Source: Felis catus
Taxonomy: Eukaryota
Length of the DNA: 64,000 nt
Assembly (NCBI RefSeq): GCF_018350175.1
Contig: NC_058382.1
Coordinates: 28,706,001 to 28,770,000 of the forward strand
Direction: 5' to 3'
Shown: piece after piece, positions 1 to 14,083 of the stretch
How positions within the stretch are numbered: the stretch's first letter is position 1
Layout of the letters: every line of letters begins with the position of its first letter
The notes under the pieces: model-generated
Seen by the model: the letters and a program-made list of their open reading frames with translations, nothing else
Databases searched by the model: none
What the model was told of the DNA's origin: nothing
Program-made: the position numbers and the translations under genes

Positions 1-432
<432 letters not shown>

Positions 433-1067
433 TGATCTGTGTTCAAGGAATGAAAATAGATTTTTAGGCTAATGTGTTTAGACTCATTATATTAAGCAAC
501 ATAGAGTAAGGAAAGCGAATCTGTTATCAGCTTTCTTTTTCTTCCTCAGTCTCCCTCCCCGACTCAGTTCTAATATTTATATCATACATTGTAAGATTAA
601 TTGCCGTTTTTAGAGATTTTTTTGAGATCTTAGTAGAGGGAAAAGTTTTCCGTTTGGAGATTAGGAAAGCATATTGTTTGGCATTTCACGATCTGGAGAG
701 GATACTTTGAGTACCCCTAGCTTTTATTTATAAGATGTAAAATACTAAAAATTTAAATGTTTGCATGCTAGTGAATGCTACTTTGGGGGAGGTTGTTAAA
801 ATAAACAGCCTCCGCCCCTTAGTTCCAGTACATGTTGGAGTTGATGTGGGGAAGTCACATCTTTTAACCAGGGAAGGTCTAAGCATACATTCTGGAAGGA
901 AACGCAGTGAGGACTTCATGCTGGAGTCAGGAATTTCTTAAATGATCAGTTGTGGGCAGAAGTGCTGCTTAGCTCACCCCTTTTTCCTGATGGAGTTCTC
1001 GGGACAGGATTCCGTGATGACGGAATTCTGAGAAAGGTGAACCAGAAACCAATTGTAGAAACCATAA

Positions 1068-1298
<231 letters not shown>

Positions 1299-1539
1299 TG
1301 ATGCCTTTCATTTCCTTACAAATCTGCAATAACTCTGGTTCTGATCTCAGGTCATTTTGCAGTAGGCCACAGTGACAGCGTTTCAGTATATTTCTGGCCA
1401 ACGTTCATCAGGCTTGTAAATCAGTTAAAATCGCTGCTTGGTGTCTAAGAGAGTGACAATGGTCCCAAGAGGGGACTTTTGAAAAAAGTATTAGTCAGGA
1501 AAACAGTTTTCTCTTCCTATTGGTTTCTGGCATTTAATT

Positions 1540-1754
1540 AAAAAAAATTTTTTTTTTTAATGTTTATTTTTGAGAGAAAGAGAGAGAGAGTAAAGCAGGG
1601 GAGGGGTCAAGAGAGAGGGAAACACAGAATCGAAGCAGGGTTCAGGCTCTGAGCCGTCAGCACAAAGCCGGATGCAGGGCTCGAACTATGCTCTGCGAGA
1701 TCATGACCTGAGCCGAAGTCAGACACTTAACCGATAGAGCCACCCAGGCGCCCC
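1540..1754 (-). mobile_element. CAN SINE (SINEC_Fc type)
   Basis: T-rich tail, (AG)n tract, ends gagccacccaggcgcccc; TSD ggcatttaatt (1529-1539 / 1759-1769). Confidence 0.93.
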
Positions 1755-2225
1755 TGCCGGCATTTAATTTTTTAAAACACAGAGGTAGAAATTGAAATGT
1801 GGCCTTCTTTTGGCCCTGACTACCTTCCCGATGTATCCTAAAAGCATATCAATAACCATATCTGATTAAGAAGGTCAGCATTATTATATGAAACAGTTTT
1901 AGATTGATTGATAAAGGACAGATCCCCTTCGTCACTTGTAATGGGTGACAGTTTCTTGATGTTCTCCCTTTCCAGTTTTGGGTAATAGTCGTGAAGCATC
2001 TTGAGGGTTAAGTGACTTTCAGTAGGAAAGCCATCTTTATGAAGAACATTTTTCCTTACAGTTGAAGTACATTTTTTTCCAAAACTTTGGAAATTTTTGT
2101 TTTCTGACTTGAAGACGAAGCATCTCAGACAAATAAAATATTTGGGGAACAAAATATTTTACTTGGCACATGTTTTTTATACACTACTGAGTACTCTAAG
2201 GTGTTTTTTACATGGTGGAGGAAGT

Positions 2226-2442
2226 GGGGCGCCTGGGTGGCTCAGTCGGTTAAGTGTCCGGCTTCGGCTCAGGTCGTGATCTCGTGGTTTGTGGGTTTGA
2301 GCCCCGCCTCGGGCTCTGTGCTGACAGCTCAGAACCTGGAGCCTGCTTCGGATTCTGCGTCTCCCTCTCTCTCTCCGCCCCTCCCTCACTTGCACTCTGT
2401 CTCTCTCTCTCAAAAATAAACATTAAAAAAAACTAAAAAAAT
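2226..2442 (+). mobile_element. CAN SINE (SINEC_Fc type)
   Basis: ggggcgcctgggtggctcagtcggtt head, (CT)n, aataaa + A tail; flanking ggtgga(g/a)gaagt repeat. Confidence 0.93.
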
Positions 2443-2620
2443 GTAAGCGGTGGAAGAAGTGAGATTGAAAATGAACACCACCATTTTCACTGGCCACGCT
2501 GAAGAACCATGAAACCAAACCCACCTTTAACTTAGTTTTAAGTTGGGAAACAGATTTTGCCTCACGATACAACAATGAATCTTAAAACGAAGAAGTCTAT
2601 CAGAGTACACGTTGGAGTAG

Positions 2621-2803
<183 letters not shown>

Positions 2804-4040
2804 TAAGTTTAAAATTAGCGCGGAGACATGTGTGCACGTGCGTGTGTGTGAGAGGAGCCGCTAACTGCCTCTGAGTAAAGCAACTGGGTGGCTGGGGAAC
2901 AGGAAAAAAGGGAGGTTTGCATTTCACTGTATACCCTTGGAAGCTACTGAACATCGTCTCAGGGTGCTTGTATTAACAAATTAATATAAAAGTAATGTGG
3001 TGAATGATCAGTAAGAACGATAGTGTTATAGGTGGGACAGATATTCTGAGGGTGTCTGGGAAACCGTGTAACTGAAGACAGGAAGTACAGTATCTTTGTC
3101 ACGTATCAAACAACATGACTTGATAAGTCATTGGCTGCTTATGTGTTTGCATAAGGAGGAAGTGTTTGCTTCCTTCGCTAGGTCAAGGCAATCGTAAGGC
3201 AGCTTTATGTTAAAGAATTACTTTCAGTAGAGGCACAGATGCCCTCGTATACGTAGTTGATTCCAAAGTCCAACGACTTAACGCGACAAGAATTTTTATG
3301 CTGAGATCGAACCACGTATGTTGCCAGTTTAGTTGAGCATAAGTGGCCAGGTCTATACAGCCACATTGTAAGAATTAGGAAGTTAATTGGGGTGTTAACA
3401 TTTTAAAAGTGGGAAGAAGAATCAACATGGTGGGCTATTTGGGCAGGATACTGTCCGTCTCTTCGGTGTGTGGACAAAAACAAGCCTTACGGAATTGATG
3501 CAGTCCTTTTTAGATTTCGTGATACAAATTTTGTATCAGCCAAATTTCCGTTTTCTTTGGTCCCAGCAAGTCACTGCTGTTAGTCGCTCACAAGTGATTT
3601 TGGCATTCAGAGAAATCTATATCTCTGCAAAGGGCTGCAGGGAGAGAGTAGTGTGACATCTAGTGTAGGTTGTCATTGCATGTGTGCGTGCCTTGAGAAG
3701 TAGTTCCCGACTTCCTCCTCTGTTGGGTGTCGACTTTGACTCAGATTTGTAGGCCCCTTTTCAGCTTTTGCAAAGAAGTTCTCTTAATATTCTTGAGGCC
3801 TATTTTTATCCTTTAACACGGTCAATCTATATTGTGCTTTCTCAAGATTGGTATTTGTAACCTGGAAGGATCTCTAGCCCCTGTTGATTGAACCACAGGA
3901 ACCTTAGCAGGTGTCTTTGGTACCTGTGTTAACGAAAAGCACGAATTTGTAATGTTCCTTGTTCTCCAGACTTGGTTGTTTTTTCTCTCGTTACATTCTT
4001 TTTAGTGTCTGTGTCCCCAAAAGTAACGTGTACAGAATAA

Positions 4041-4190
<150 letters not shown>

Positions 4191-4584
4191 TAAGCAGAAG
4201 ACCCAGAATTGTTTTGTCTTTCGATGGTGTCCAGTGCTCTGTTGTTTGGGACAATAAGTAATTCACACCTGCTTTCATTTCTTAAGGGATGGGTGGGAAT
4301 TCGTTCTCTCAATAAAGCATTTACAGTTTTTTCACCTTTACTGTCTTATTTAATTTCTCCCATCTGGTCACAGTGTAGCACATAGTGTATGCCATTAAAT
4401 GATGAAACCATTTTGGTACAGTATAGTACAATTTAGTAATTGCAGTAGGTTCGAAAAGCTGATAAGAAGTACTTGTCTTCTGCTCGAGCTTATTCCAGCC
4501 GTGTGCCTAACAGTACACCCTCTGGTCTAATTTGCATGTCTGGCTTCTTAAACTTAATTTTATCTGGAAAAAAAAGGAGCAAAG

Positions 4585-4782
4585 GAAATTTTTATTTAAT
4601 TTTTCATTTTATTTTAGAGAGAGAGAGGGAGAGAGAGAGAGGCAGGGCTTGAGCAGGGGAGAGGGGCAGAGAGGGAGAGAGAGAATCGGCGTGGAGCCTG
4701 ACATGGGGCTTGGTTCCATGACCCTGATCATGACCTGAGCCAAAATCAGGAGTCAGACGCTCAAGTGACGGCCAGATGCCCC
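4585..4782 (-). mobile_element. Older CAN SINE with internal deletions
   Basis: (AG)n, gatcatgacctgagcc, degenerate head. Confidence 0.8.
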
Positions 4783-5219
4783 ACAGAAAATTTTAACTTG
4801 TAGAATAGCTAGTGTTGAATACTCTTGTGTTGGAAACAGATGAGGTGTATTTTATTAACACATTTCTTGGTTAAAGGTAGGCCTCCCTGCACATTGCTTA
4901 AAAAAATGATGTTTTTGGTCATTTCCTAGTTTATGAATTATAAATATGTCTTTGGTCACTGAAAGCAATTTGTAATGATACAAGCACAAGTAATAAGACA
5001 TTAAGTAAAGACTTTTCATAAGTGGTGGTAGCAGGGATACATGATAACGCCACATTATAAAATTTAAACTATGAAGTTAGGGCCATACATTATAAAAGAC
5101 ATCTGTTCACTCAGGAATATAGAGAGCCACCTATGGAATTTAAAGTCCATATTAAGATGAATTTTTAAGTCTTATGGCACATTTTTATTGTTTAACAATT
5201 AAAATTTAAAAGAGTTTGA

Positions 5220-5411
5220 GGGGTGCATGGGTGGCTCAGTCACTGAAGTGTCTGACCCTTGAGTTTGGCTCAGGTCATGATCTCACGGTTCGTGGGTTTG
5301 AGCCCCACATTGGTCTCTGAGCTGGCAGCATGGAGCCTGCCTATGATTCTCTTCCCTCTCCCTCTCTCATGCTCACTTGCTATCTCTCTCAAATAAATAA
5401 AACTTAAAAAA
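5220..5411 (+). mobile_element. CAN SINE
   Basis: ggggtgcatgggtggctcag head, (CT)n, aataaataaaa tail. Confidence 0.88.
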
Positions 5412-6447
5412 TTGTTTGATACAAGATTTTGATGAAAAAATGCAAAATATTGAACTATAAAGAGCATTCAGAATGGCCTACTATGTAACATGGCGAAGAA
5501 AGTAAATTATAAGGGAATAAATTTCCCTACTTCTGTCTTTTGTTTTCTTTACATTCTGTAATGGTGAAAATAACTGTTTTTTTTTTTTTTTTTACCCTTT
5601 AAGATAATTATGAGGCTTGATTTTTACATCAGTTATTTTATCTTATGCAAATTTTTAAATATACCCTCCGTTTCTTCCCCCAAGTAATTGATAATGGAAC
5701 AAGACAGATCAAATCCAAAACTCTGAGTCATGTTACCACTTCCTTCCTTCCATCCCAGACACCCTAAGTCCATCAATAGACATTACTTGGATACTGTTGT
5801 CCATCCAGTTGAGAATCATGATTAACCAGACTCTGTCGCCCTGTCCACAGCAAGGACCTTGTGGTGATCGAGATTCCCTGTGTCTGCAGTGTTCGTACCT
5901 CTATTATAGCTGACTGGTTTTATTTGGAACTGAAACCCCTGCTTTCTCTATTTCAAGCTTTTCAAAGGCAGAGATCTTTTGTTTCCACCTTACTCTTTTC
6001 GTATTCCCAGAGGCTGACAGGTTAGATTACTGTGTAAGTGGTGGGTGCCCAGTATATGTTGGTTGCAAAGGGTTAATGAGTGAGTGAAGAGTCAATATAC
6101 AAAATGGATATAAGATTAGCTAGTTCCCATTTTTCTCGTTAAACATGTGGTGGCCTCTAAGGTTTCTTCTGAAGGCGTTTTTAGCATAGAATTTTGTCAG
6201 GGATTAACCTGAATGTATTCAATGTGTCCTGTATTTGGACAATGATGAGAGAAAACGTCATGCACTCATGCCCGTGATGACCGGCTTGATTGCACACCTT
6301 CAATAGTTTCTTATCAGTGCCCTCTGCCATTCCCTTTGGTGGCTTTTTTGTCCTTTGGTATTAAAAGGACTCTCTCTTTAAGTTGTTTTTTAAAGTAAAT
6401 GCTTTGCTTTCTTAAGCAAATAGTATTAAAAGACCAGTCTTGGGCAG

Positions 6448-6666
6448 GGGGCAGCGCCTGGATGGCTCAGTCTGACTTCAGCTCAGGTCATGATCTCACA
6501 ATTCATGGGTTCAAGCCCCGCATAGGGCTCTGTGCTGACAGCTCAGCGACTGGAGCCTGCTTTGGATTCTGTGTCACCCTCTCTCTCCACCCCTCCCCCA
6601 CTCATGCTCGCTCACTCTCTCTCTCTCAAATAAACATTAAAAAAATTAAAAAAAATAATCAATAAA
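6448..6666 (+). mobile_element. CAN SINE
   Basis: Head ggggcagcgcctggatggctcag; TSD taaaagacca on both sides. Confidence 0.88.
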
Positions 6667-6847
6667 AGACCAATCATTGTACTTTAAAAAATGCTTTTTC
6701 TATATTAGTATATGACAGCTATTTTTAAGGCGTAGTAGTTAGTGTCTGGGATAATTCTGATGCTAGATTTTTAACTTGCAAGCATCAGGAAGTAGCCTGT
6801 AATTGTGATTTTCAAAATAATTGTCTAGCCTATTAATTTATGTATGA

Positions 6848-7036
<189 letters not shown>

Positions 7037-7160
7037 TAATTTATAGGCTATGCATTCAGAATAACTTGAAAGCATATGCTAAATTATTGGTGGAAATGTG
7101 TGTCTCTGTAGCTTTGGGGGTTTTATTTTTAAACTAGAAATTCCTTTCCGTGTGATGTGC

Positions 7161-7222
7161 GTTTTTTAAAAAGTTTTTCCCTAAATTCCAGTTAGTTAAC
7201 ATACAGTGTAATATTAGTTTCT
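7161..7222 (-). mobile_element. Very short 5'-truncated L1 3'-end fragment (carnivore L1/L1MA type)
   Basis: taaattccagttagttaacatacagtgtaatattagtttc matches the L1 3' terminus also seen at ~61290; degenerate TSD tgtg(a/c)tgtgc. Confidence 0.6.
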
Positions 7223-7864
7223 ATGTGCTGTGCAGTTTTGTCCCCTTTTTGTAAAATGCTTTACCTCTTCTAAAAGTGAGTGATACGTGGGAAGCCTTCT
7301 AGTTGCGGTACCTTAAGGGAATAAATAGGTTTTTTCTTTCCTTCCAGTGTGATATTTGCCATTGTTTCCCTTTCTGTGCCGAAGGGTTGCATTGGGTCTG
7401 TCCCCAGTTTTCCAGGTAGCTTTTCTTGTCATAAAGGGAGTCAAAAAAATGGCTAACTGGAATGAAGCTTATGGTCAGAGACCATATTTTAATCTATTCT
7501 GAGCTAATGGATTTGCTCAGAGATCCAGCTGCTGACTGTGAACATGTAAGCAGCACACTGTCACCAGCTGTAATGTTAAGAGACTTGATAATTCGTTAAC
7601 TCACAGGAAAAAAACAAAGTTACATTTCCAGTTTTATTCTACTTACCCCCTCAGAAGAAATTAAGGTGATTTCATTATACATGAATTATTATACCTTTTC
7701 ATATGCAGTAAAGTTATAACAAAATTAGACTGTCGTACTTTATCATAATTATTTAAATACCCTTTATATTTTCCATAGGCAGGAAAACTTGGGAACTGTG
7801 CTTTTAATTAAATTGATTATGAAAATGAAGTCAGAATAAGAATATAACTATTATAAAAGAATAA

Positions 7865-7975
<111 letters not shown>

Positions 7976-8331
7976 TAACTTTTAAATTATTACGGAAGCA
8001 TTGGAAAAAAATAGACAGTCTTCATTTTCTCTGCTGTCATTCCATAGAAATGATTTCTTTAGTGATTACATAATATTGTATTTGTTTAGGAATCTTAATA
8101 TGCTAGGTTCCTACAATGCAAATTAATTTAACTATTTAATTAATTTGATCATTGTCCTCGCCATAGTATCATACTTAACTGGAAGAATGAATCCAGTGTA
8201 AATTTGTGCTTTTAATTTTAATCCTAGTAATAAATATCATTGCAAATCATTTTCTTATAAATCTGAACGTATCTTATAATTTAATCAATGAAAGGTTCTA
8301 AGGGAAATTAAAGATTCTAAGAGAATCTTAT

Positions 8332-8421
8332 TCTCCCATCCAAGTACTAACCAGCCCCAACCCTGCTTAGCTTCCGAGATAAGATGAGATCGGGCGCGTT
8401 CAGGGTGGTTCGTCTGTAGAC
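8332..8421 (-). pseudogene. 5S rRNA retropseudogene, nt 1-90, 3'-truncated and tailless, with 16-bp TSD
   Basis: Reverse complement reads GTCTACAGACGAACCACCCTGAACGCGCCCGATCTCATCTTATCTCGGAAGCTAAGCAGGGTTGGGGCTGGTTAGTACTTGGATGGGAGA (~8 mismatches in 90 nt vs recalled mammalian 5S); direct repeat agagaatcttattctc at 8320-8335 and 8425-8440. Confidence 0.95.
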
Positions 8422-8707
8422 AAGAGAGAATCTTATTCTCACCCAATGAGCTACCACGAGAATATGGTTTTGACTATCCGTCACTCAGAGAATTAATTTA
8501 GCCTCATAGTAGCTCTCTTGTTCCCTGTTTTGTAACTTACCTTTTTTTCTCCTCTGTCTTGAATGACAGTCTTGAATCTGATGCACCCAGGTTCTTAGTG
8601 AGATATTCTAAATGGATGAACTTTGTGGATGGTTTAATGTTCACAGTCTACATGCTGGACCCTTTTACAGTGTAGCTTGGGTTTCTCTGTTGAAAATCTT
8701 GCTCATT

Positions 8708-8908
8708 GGGGCGCCTGGGTGGCTCAGTCGGTTGAGTGTCCGACTTCAGCTCAGGTCATGATCTCACTGTTAGTGAGTTTGAGACCCATGTTGGGCTCAG
8801 CGAAGCCTAGAGCCCGTTTGATCCTCTGTCCTGCCCCTCTCTCTGCCCTTCCCCTGCTCATGCTCTCCCTCTCAAAAATGAATAAACATTTCAAAAAAAA
8901 AAAAAAAA
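8708..8908 (+). mobile_element. CAN SINE
   Basis: Canonical head and A tail; TSD-like aaaa(g)tcttgct(c/g)att. Confidence 0.9.
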
Positions 8909-9039
8909 GTCTTGCTGATTTACTATTTACTTACTTCCCTAAGAGCTAATCACAGACAAATACTCTTACTTATCTTTGGGTCCTAAGTGATGTTGTTTGA
9001 TGCTAGTGTTGAATTGATGGATAAGAAGGAAGGGAAGGA

Positions 9040-9800
9040 GGACAATACCACAGTTACAGTTTGATATTGTTTTGGAAGTTCTAACTAATGAAATAAGACA
9101 TGATACATAAACGTCAAGAATGCATATTTATTATCTATTCAAAGATGGTAATAGCTATGTGAACACCTAGAAAATCCTAGAGAATTGTTCAGAAACTGCT
9201 AGAATTGACAAAAGACCTTGTAATTTGACCATGTAGAGAGTAATCATGGAGAAATCAACAGCACTTCTATATGTCTTCTAGCAAATATGAAAAAGGGACA
9301 CTTTCATACTTCATAAAAGTACAAAATGCCGAGAAATCAATTTTATTGAGATGGGTTTTTTAAAACCCATCACAGAGCTAAAAGGTGATTTGATTAATTA
9401 GGGAAAAAAGATTGTATTCCAGGTAAAAATATTTCTTAAAGATGTTAATTTTTGTAGAATCACTTGCACATAAGCAAGATCTTAACTTTTTTTTTGAACT
9501 CAGTGAAGTGATTTTAGAGTTCTTTACAGGATGAAATGGGTGAAAACATTGAAGTTTGAAGGTTTTTTAAAAAAGAGTTCTATTAAAAGCTCTAAGGCAA
9601 AGCAATAGACATTAAACAGTGTGATACTATATAAAAGTAGAAATGTGGATCAACAGACCTGAATAGAAAGCTCAAAAATAGAATTTCAGTATAAGTCAGC
9701 TTTCAAACACAAATGAGGAAAGAAAGCTGTGTTTGATACATGATATAGGAAATCTAACAGGCAATTTGGGAGAAAAAAGTCACTTTTTCTTCTTGAAGAA
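9040..9800 (+). mobile_element. Ancient L1M ORF2 remnant
   Basis: A-rich with L1 ORF2-like phrases (ctagaaaatcctagagaa...aactgctagaattga, aaatcaacagcacttctatat, gtggatcaacagacctgaatagaaagctcaaaaatag). Confidence 0.65.
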
Positions 9801-10269
9801 ATAAATTTCAGATGATCAAAATAGTTATCTTTTTTTTTTTTTTTGGTAGCCTAACACACCCTAGGTATGTAATAGACTCTGGTAATAACCTAGGATGAAG
9901 ACAGCTATGATTCTCAGGGGGTAAGGAGGGCCAGACACATGTAGGAGTGCATCTCAGTGCTTGAAGGTCTTGTGCAGTTTGAAGAGGGCTCTGGAAAGTT
10001 CTGACACCCCTTGAAGGGGTCACTGTTCCCCTTCCCCTTCAGCAGCCTCTTCATGTGGAGAATCACTGGTTTAAAGATCACAAGAAGATATAAAAAGATG
10101 CTTTAAATGTTAGCCCTTCTTTTCCAAGTGTCATTCTTCACCTGTGTACCCCTTTCTGGTGGGGAGTCAGCTGATGTAACAAATAGGGGGAGGAGTACTG
10201 TAAAATCTGAAATAGTGGAACAGTCTGAGAGGCTGCATAGTAGTCTTAGAGGACTGAAGTGGCAAAGGA

Positions 10270-10960
10270 CTTAGCTACCCAGGGGGATAAATGCGGATGT
10301 GATAACCAACATAATCAAATAAGCAAAAATAGAATTCCCAGAAATAGAGCTTTAAAAATGTCTATCTCCACATATATACTTTATGGCCGGGAGGGGGGTG
10401 CGTCACTGAACGCAGTATGTACAGCTGAAGAAAGAATTGCTCGTTTGGAAGATCAATCTGAAGAAAGTACCTGGAATGTAGCCCAAAGGGAAAAGAAGTT
10501 GGCAAACGAGAGAGGATAAAAGACATGGAAGACAGATTCTTAGTGCAGTTCTAGAAGGAGACATTAGAGAGAACGGGGAAGAAGAAATAATTTGATAGTT
10601 ACTAACTGAAGGTTTTCCAGAATTTGGAGCAGACTTACGTTCTAAGAAGAAAGATGCACAGAATTCCTGAGCTAGAAGAACCAGGACTGAATTGTCTAAC
10701 TCAGTGACCTATCACAGGATGTACTGTAGTAAGTCCAAGCTGAATTTAGAATAAAGGAGTAGTATGCAAGAAACAAGGACGAGTCAAGGTCGTAAATGTG
10801 GGTAAACTAAGCCTTCATACTCAAAAAACAATGGTAATGATAGTAGGGGTAATGGTGACTAATTCTGTGTGGGGTGTTAAAGAGAAGGTGCAACTAAAAT
10901 CATAGCCACTAACGAGAGGATAGGGCACGGAGGTGAAGCGTGCCAAGGAAAGTAATGGAA
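10270..10960 (+). mobile_element. Ancient L1M ORF1-region remnant
   Basis: ORF 10259-10519 contains AEERIARLEDQSEESTWNVAQREKKL, resembling the L1 ORF1p coiled coil; followed by degenerate ORF1-like sequence. Confidence 0.65.
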
Positions 10961-12014
10961 TCAAATCGGCAACAAGAAGCAAAGATACAGGACAATTGTC
11001 AGGTTGTGTTTCCGAGTACTTCTCATTATAGAACATGGTCTGGGTATTCTTGTTACACAGATATATTCTATTCCACAGTGCAAGATAACCCAGAACCTGT
11101 AAAGAATTTTAGTGGCTGCCCATTAAGGTCTGTGTTATGAAGGTAGACAGACCGATATCCTACAATTCCACGAATGTTTTTATCTTCTCCGTCGATGTCT
11201 GTTTTATTCTAAGGCTATTGTAACTTTTGTACCCTTCTGCTTCTAGATTTTCTTAGTGGAAAACAAGCAATCTAAATTTGCAGTGTTGTACAATAGCACC
11301 AGCTTTCTTGTCATTCTTGTATTTGTGTGTCTTAATGACCAGCTAATTACTCTAGGGTTTTAGCCTTCTAAAACTACAGTAATGAGACTTGAGTGCTTGC
11401 TGGTTTTTTTTTTTTCCCCTCCCCAGCCTCCACCCAGGCTCCTAATCCTTCTGCTTCAATATCACAAAGCTGTTGGGCTTACATAGTCCCTTCTGGCTCT
11501 CTTCTCTAATGTGGGTCCCCATCAACCACGATTCTCCTTCCTTGTCACCGTTATTATTTTGAGTTCTCACGACTACTGATCTCTGCTACTTTATGCTTTC
11601 TTAGTTTCCTGTCTTATTTTTTTTCCTGTTCCCTGTAAAATTTTTTTATGCTTTTGGCTTTCACAGAAAAATGCTGGTCTCCTACAGTCATCAACAACCA
11701 GTTAAAATACCGATAACAGCATAACCTTCAGGTTTTTTGATTACCATTTGTGTTTATTTGTGGTGGGTTCTCATGAATCTCCTGGATTTGTTAACAAATA
11801 AGTTTTGTTTATTTCAGGTGTAAGTTGCTTTGGAAAACTGAGGGTTTCTGAAGGTTTGTCTCTGAATAGCTGTTTCATTATGAAAACCATGTTAGTAATT
11901 TTCTATAAAAACTTGAAATCTGGCTATAAGTAGGCTAATTCTGTACCCAGAAATTCTGCTGAAAAGATAAATCATACACTTAAAGATAATTAATCCTTTT
12001 GGTAGAGTTAGTTT

Positions 12015-12232
12015 AAAAATTTTTTTTTTCAACGTTTATTTATTTTTGGGACAGAGAGAGACAGAGCATGAACGGGGGAGGGGCAGAGAGAGAGGGAGAC
12101 ACAGAATCGGAAACAGGCTCCAGGCTCTGAGCCATCAGCCCGGAGCCTGACGCGGGGCTCGAACTCACGGACCGCGAGATCGTGACCTGGCTGAAGTCGG
12201 ATGCTTAACCGACTGCGCCACCCAGGCGCCCC
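12015..12232 (-). mobile_element. Young felid SINE (SINEC_Fc-like), perfect 15-bp TSD
   Basis: CpG-rich body nearly identical to copies at 16933 and 41846; TSD tggtagagttagttt at 12000-12014 and 12233-12247. Confidence 0.95.
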
Positions 12233-12957
12233 TGGTAGAGTTAGTTTTAAAGGCTAATGGCATTCTCTAGTAAAATATGTAAAAGCAAAATGTTTAATGG
12301 TAACACTGTGATGATTGGCGCATGGAAGGAGCTTACTTGGCCTTTGTTGAATAAATGAGCGACCATCTAAAGAGACAGCATGCTTTCATGGAAGGAATAA
12401 TAAGTGGTTGGTAGGGCACCTGGTTTCCACACGTAGTACTGCTTTAAGTTGCCGGGAAGCAATGATTATTTTTCCCTAGATCTCCAGGCCTTCATTTCAG
12501 AAATGAAAAGTTTGGTCTAGAAGGACTTCAAGGGTCTGCCCCATTCAGATATATAAGAGTTTGTTTTCCTGTTTCAAGCATTAAATGCAGTTTAACTTTT
12601 AAACACTCAGTCAATAGTTTAATGGATTGTTGATTAAAAATGATTTTTAGATGTGGACAGATACATTGAAACCAAGTTAGCTTCTGGTTATTATTGTTCA
12701 TACAGTGCTTCTTTGCCCTTATTTTTCTGCTGATCACTACGGGAACTTTTGAATATGAAAACTGAAATAAGAACTCACTTTTAAGGTTTTATGCAAAGTA
12801 CACTTAATCTAAATTACTGTCTTTCACCTGGTGTTCCGCCTACCCAGGATTACACCTGCAACCTCGTACGTTCTCTGTCCTCAAATGCTGCTGGGACAGC
12901 TTCACATTCTCATTTAAGCATTTTGTAAATAAATGTTTTTTTCCTGTGTGTTTTTAG

Positions 12958-13090
12958 GTCAGCAGGTCAAAAAGTGCAAGATTGTTACTTCTATCAAATT
13001 TTTATGGAAAAAAATGAGAAAGTTGGAGTTCCTACAATTCAGCAATTGTTAGAATGGTCTTTTATCAACAGTAACCTGAAGTTTGCAGAG
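12958..13090 (+). CDS. CYLD: CYLD coding exon (exon 16 eq., 133 nt)
   Basis: tttttag|G acceptor; [45 protein letters not shown]; donor GAG|gttagt. Confidence 0.98.
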
Positions 13091-13909
13091 GTTAGTGATG
13101 ATTGTATTTTATGTGACAGTCCTTGGTATTTTTAAGACTACTACTAGATTCGATAACTGTTAACCTTGCCCCATTGAGAACACACAAACTGTTAGCAAAA
13201 CACAAATTAAAAAAAAAAGTTCAGAGTTTCAGTTGTGTCCTTGTAGAAAACGTCTTAGAATTAAGATTGAACTTTTTGGATTTTTGGTGCCAAAGAAAAT
13301 ATAAAACTAATTTGTAACTTGAAAACTTTTAAGTAGTGTTTAAAGCAAAGGGAAGACTTACGATTTTTTAAAAATTGTCATTCATTTTACCCAGCTTAAT
13401 ACTTAACGTAAACATATCAGCCAAGTATATCAAAAAAGAATGTTTACTTTTCCTTCAACAAGAGACAAATTCACTTATATTGGTCTGTTAATGAACAAGT
13501 GATAGAAATTGTTTTTCTTCTGGTGTTTACTGAATATCTTCATGATCTTAGTAGTACATGCTTGTGGTTCACTTTTATTGTATTTGTTTCTGAAAGAATG
13601 TTCTGGTAAAGCTTTGAACAGTTACAGTTATCTGTCGAAATATAAGGAATGGTGTCCTTCGGTGACAACAGCTTCTTTATTNNNNNNNNNNNNNNNNNNN
13701 NNNNNNNNNNNNNNNNNNNNNNNNNNNNNNNNNNNNNNNNNNNNNNNNNNNNNNNNNNNNNNNNNNNNNNNNNNNNNNNNNNNNNNNNNNNNNNNNNNNN
13801 NNNNNNNNNNNNNNNNNNNNNNNNNNNNNNNNNNNNNNNNNNNNNNNNNNNNNNNNNNNNNNNNNNNNNNNNNNNNNNNNNNNNNNNNNNNNNNNNNNNN
13901 NNNNNNNNN

Positions 13910-14083
13910 ACACAGAGAGACAGAGCCTGAGTGAGGGAGGGGCAGAGAGAGAGGGAGACACAGAATCCGAAGCAGGCTCCAGGCCCTGAGATGTCAGCAT
14001 AGAGCCCGACGCGGGGCTCAAACTCACGGACCGTGAGATCATGACCTGAGCCGAAGTCGGATGCTGAGACACCCAGGCGCCCC
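13910..14083 (-). mobile_element. CAN SINE, tail lost in N gap 13682-13909
   Basis: gagacacagaatccgaagcaggctcc...cacccaggcgcccc. Confidence 0.9.

Noticed and set aside
2201-2419. Recurrent peptide 'GAWVAQSVKxPTSAQVMISxFVGxSPASGSVLTA' seen in many ORFs
   Set aside because: Translation of the CAN SINE consensus, not a gene family; the tRNA-like heads are SINE parts, not tRNA genes.
9350-9371. Perfect 10-bp inverted repeat GATGGGTTTT-TT-AAAACCCATC
   Set aside because: Length is compatible with chance in 64 kb, it is partly homopolymeric, and it lies in an L1 remnant.
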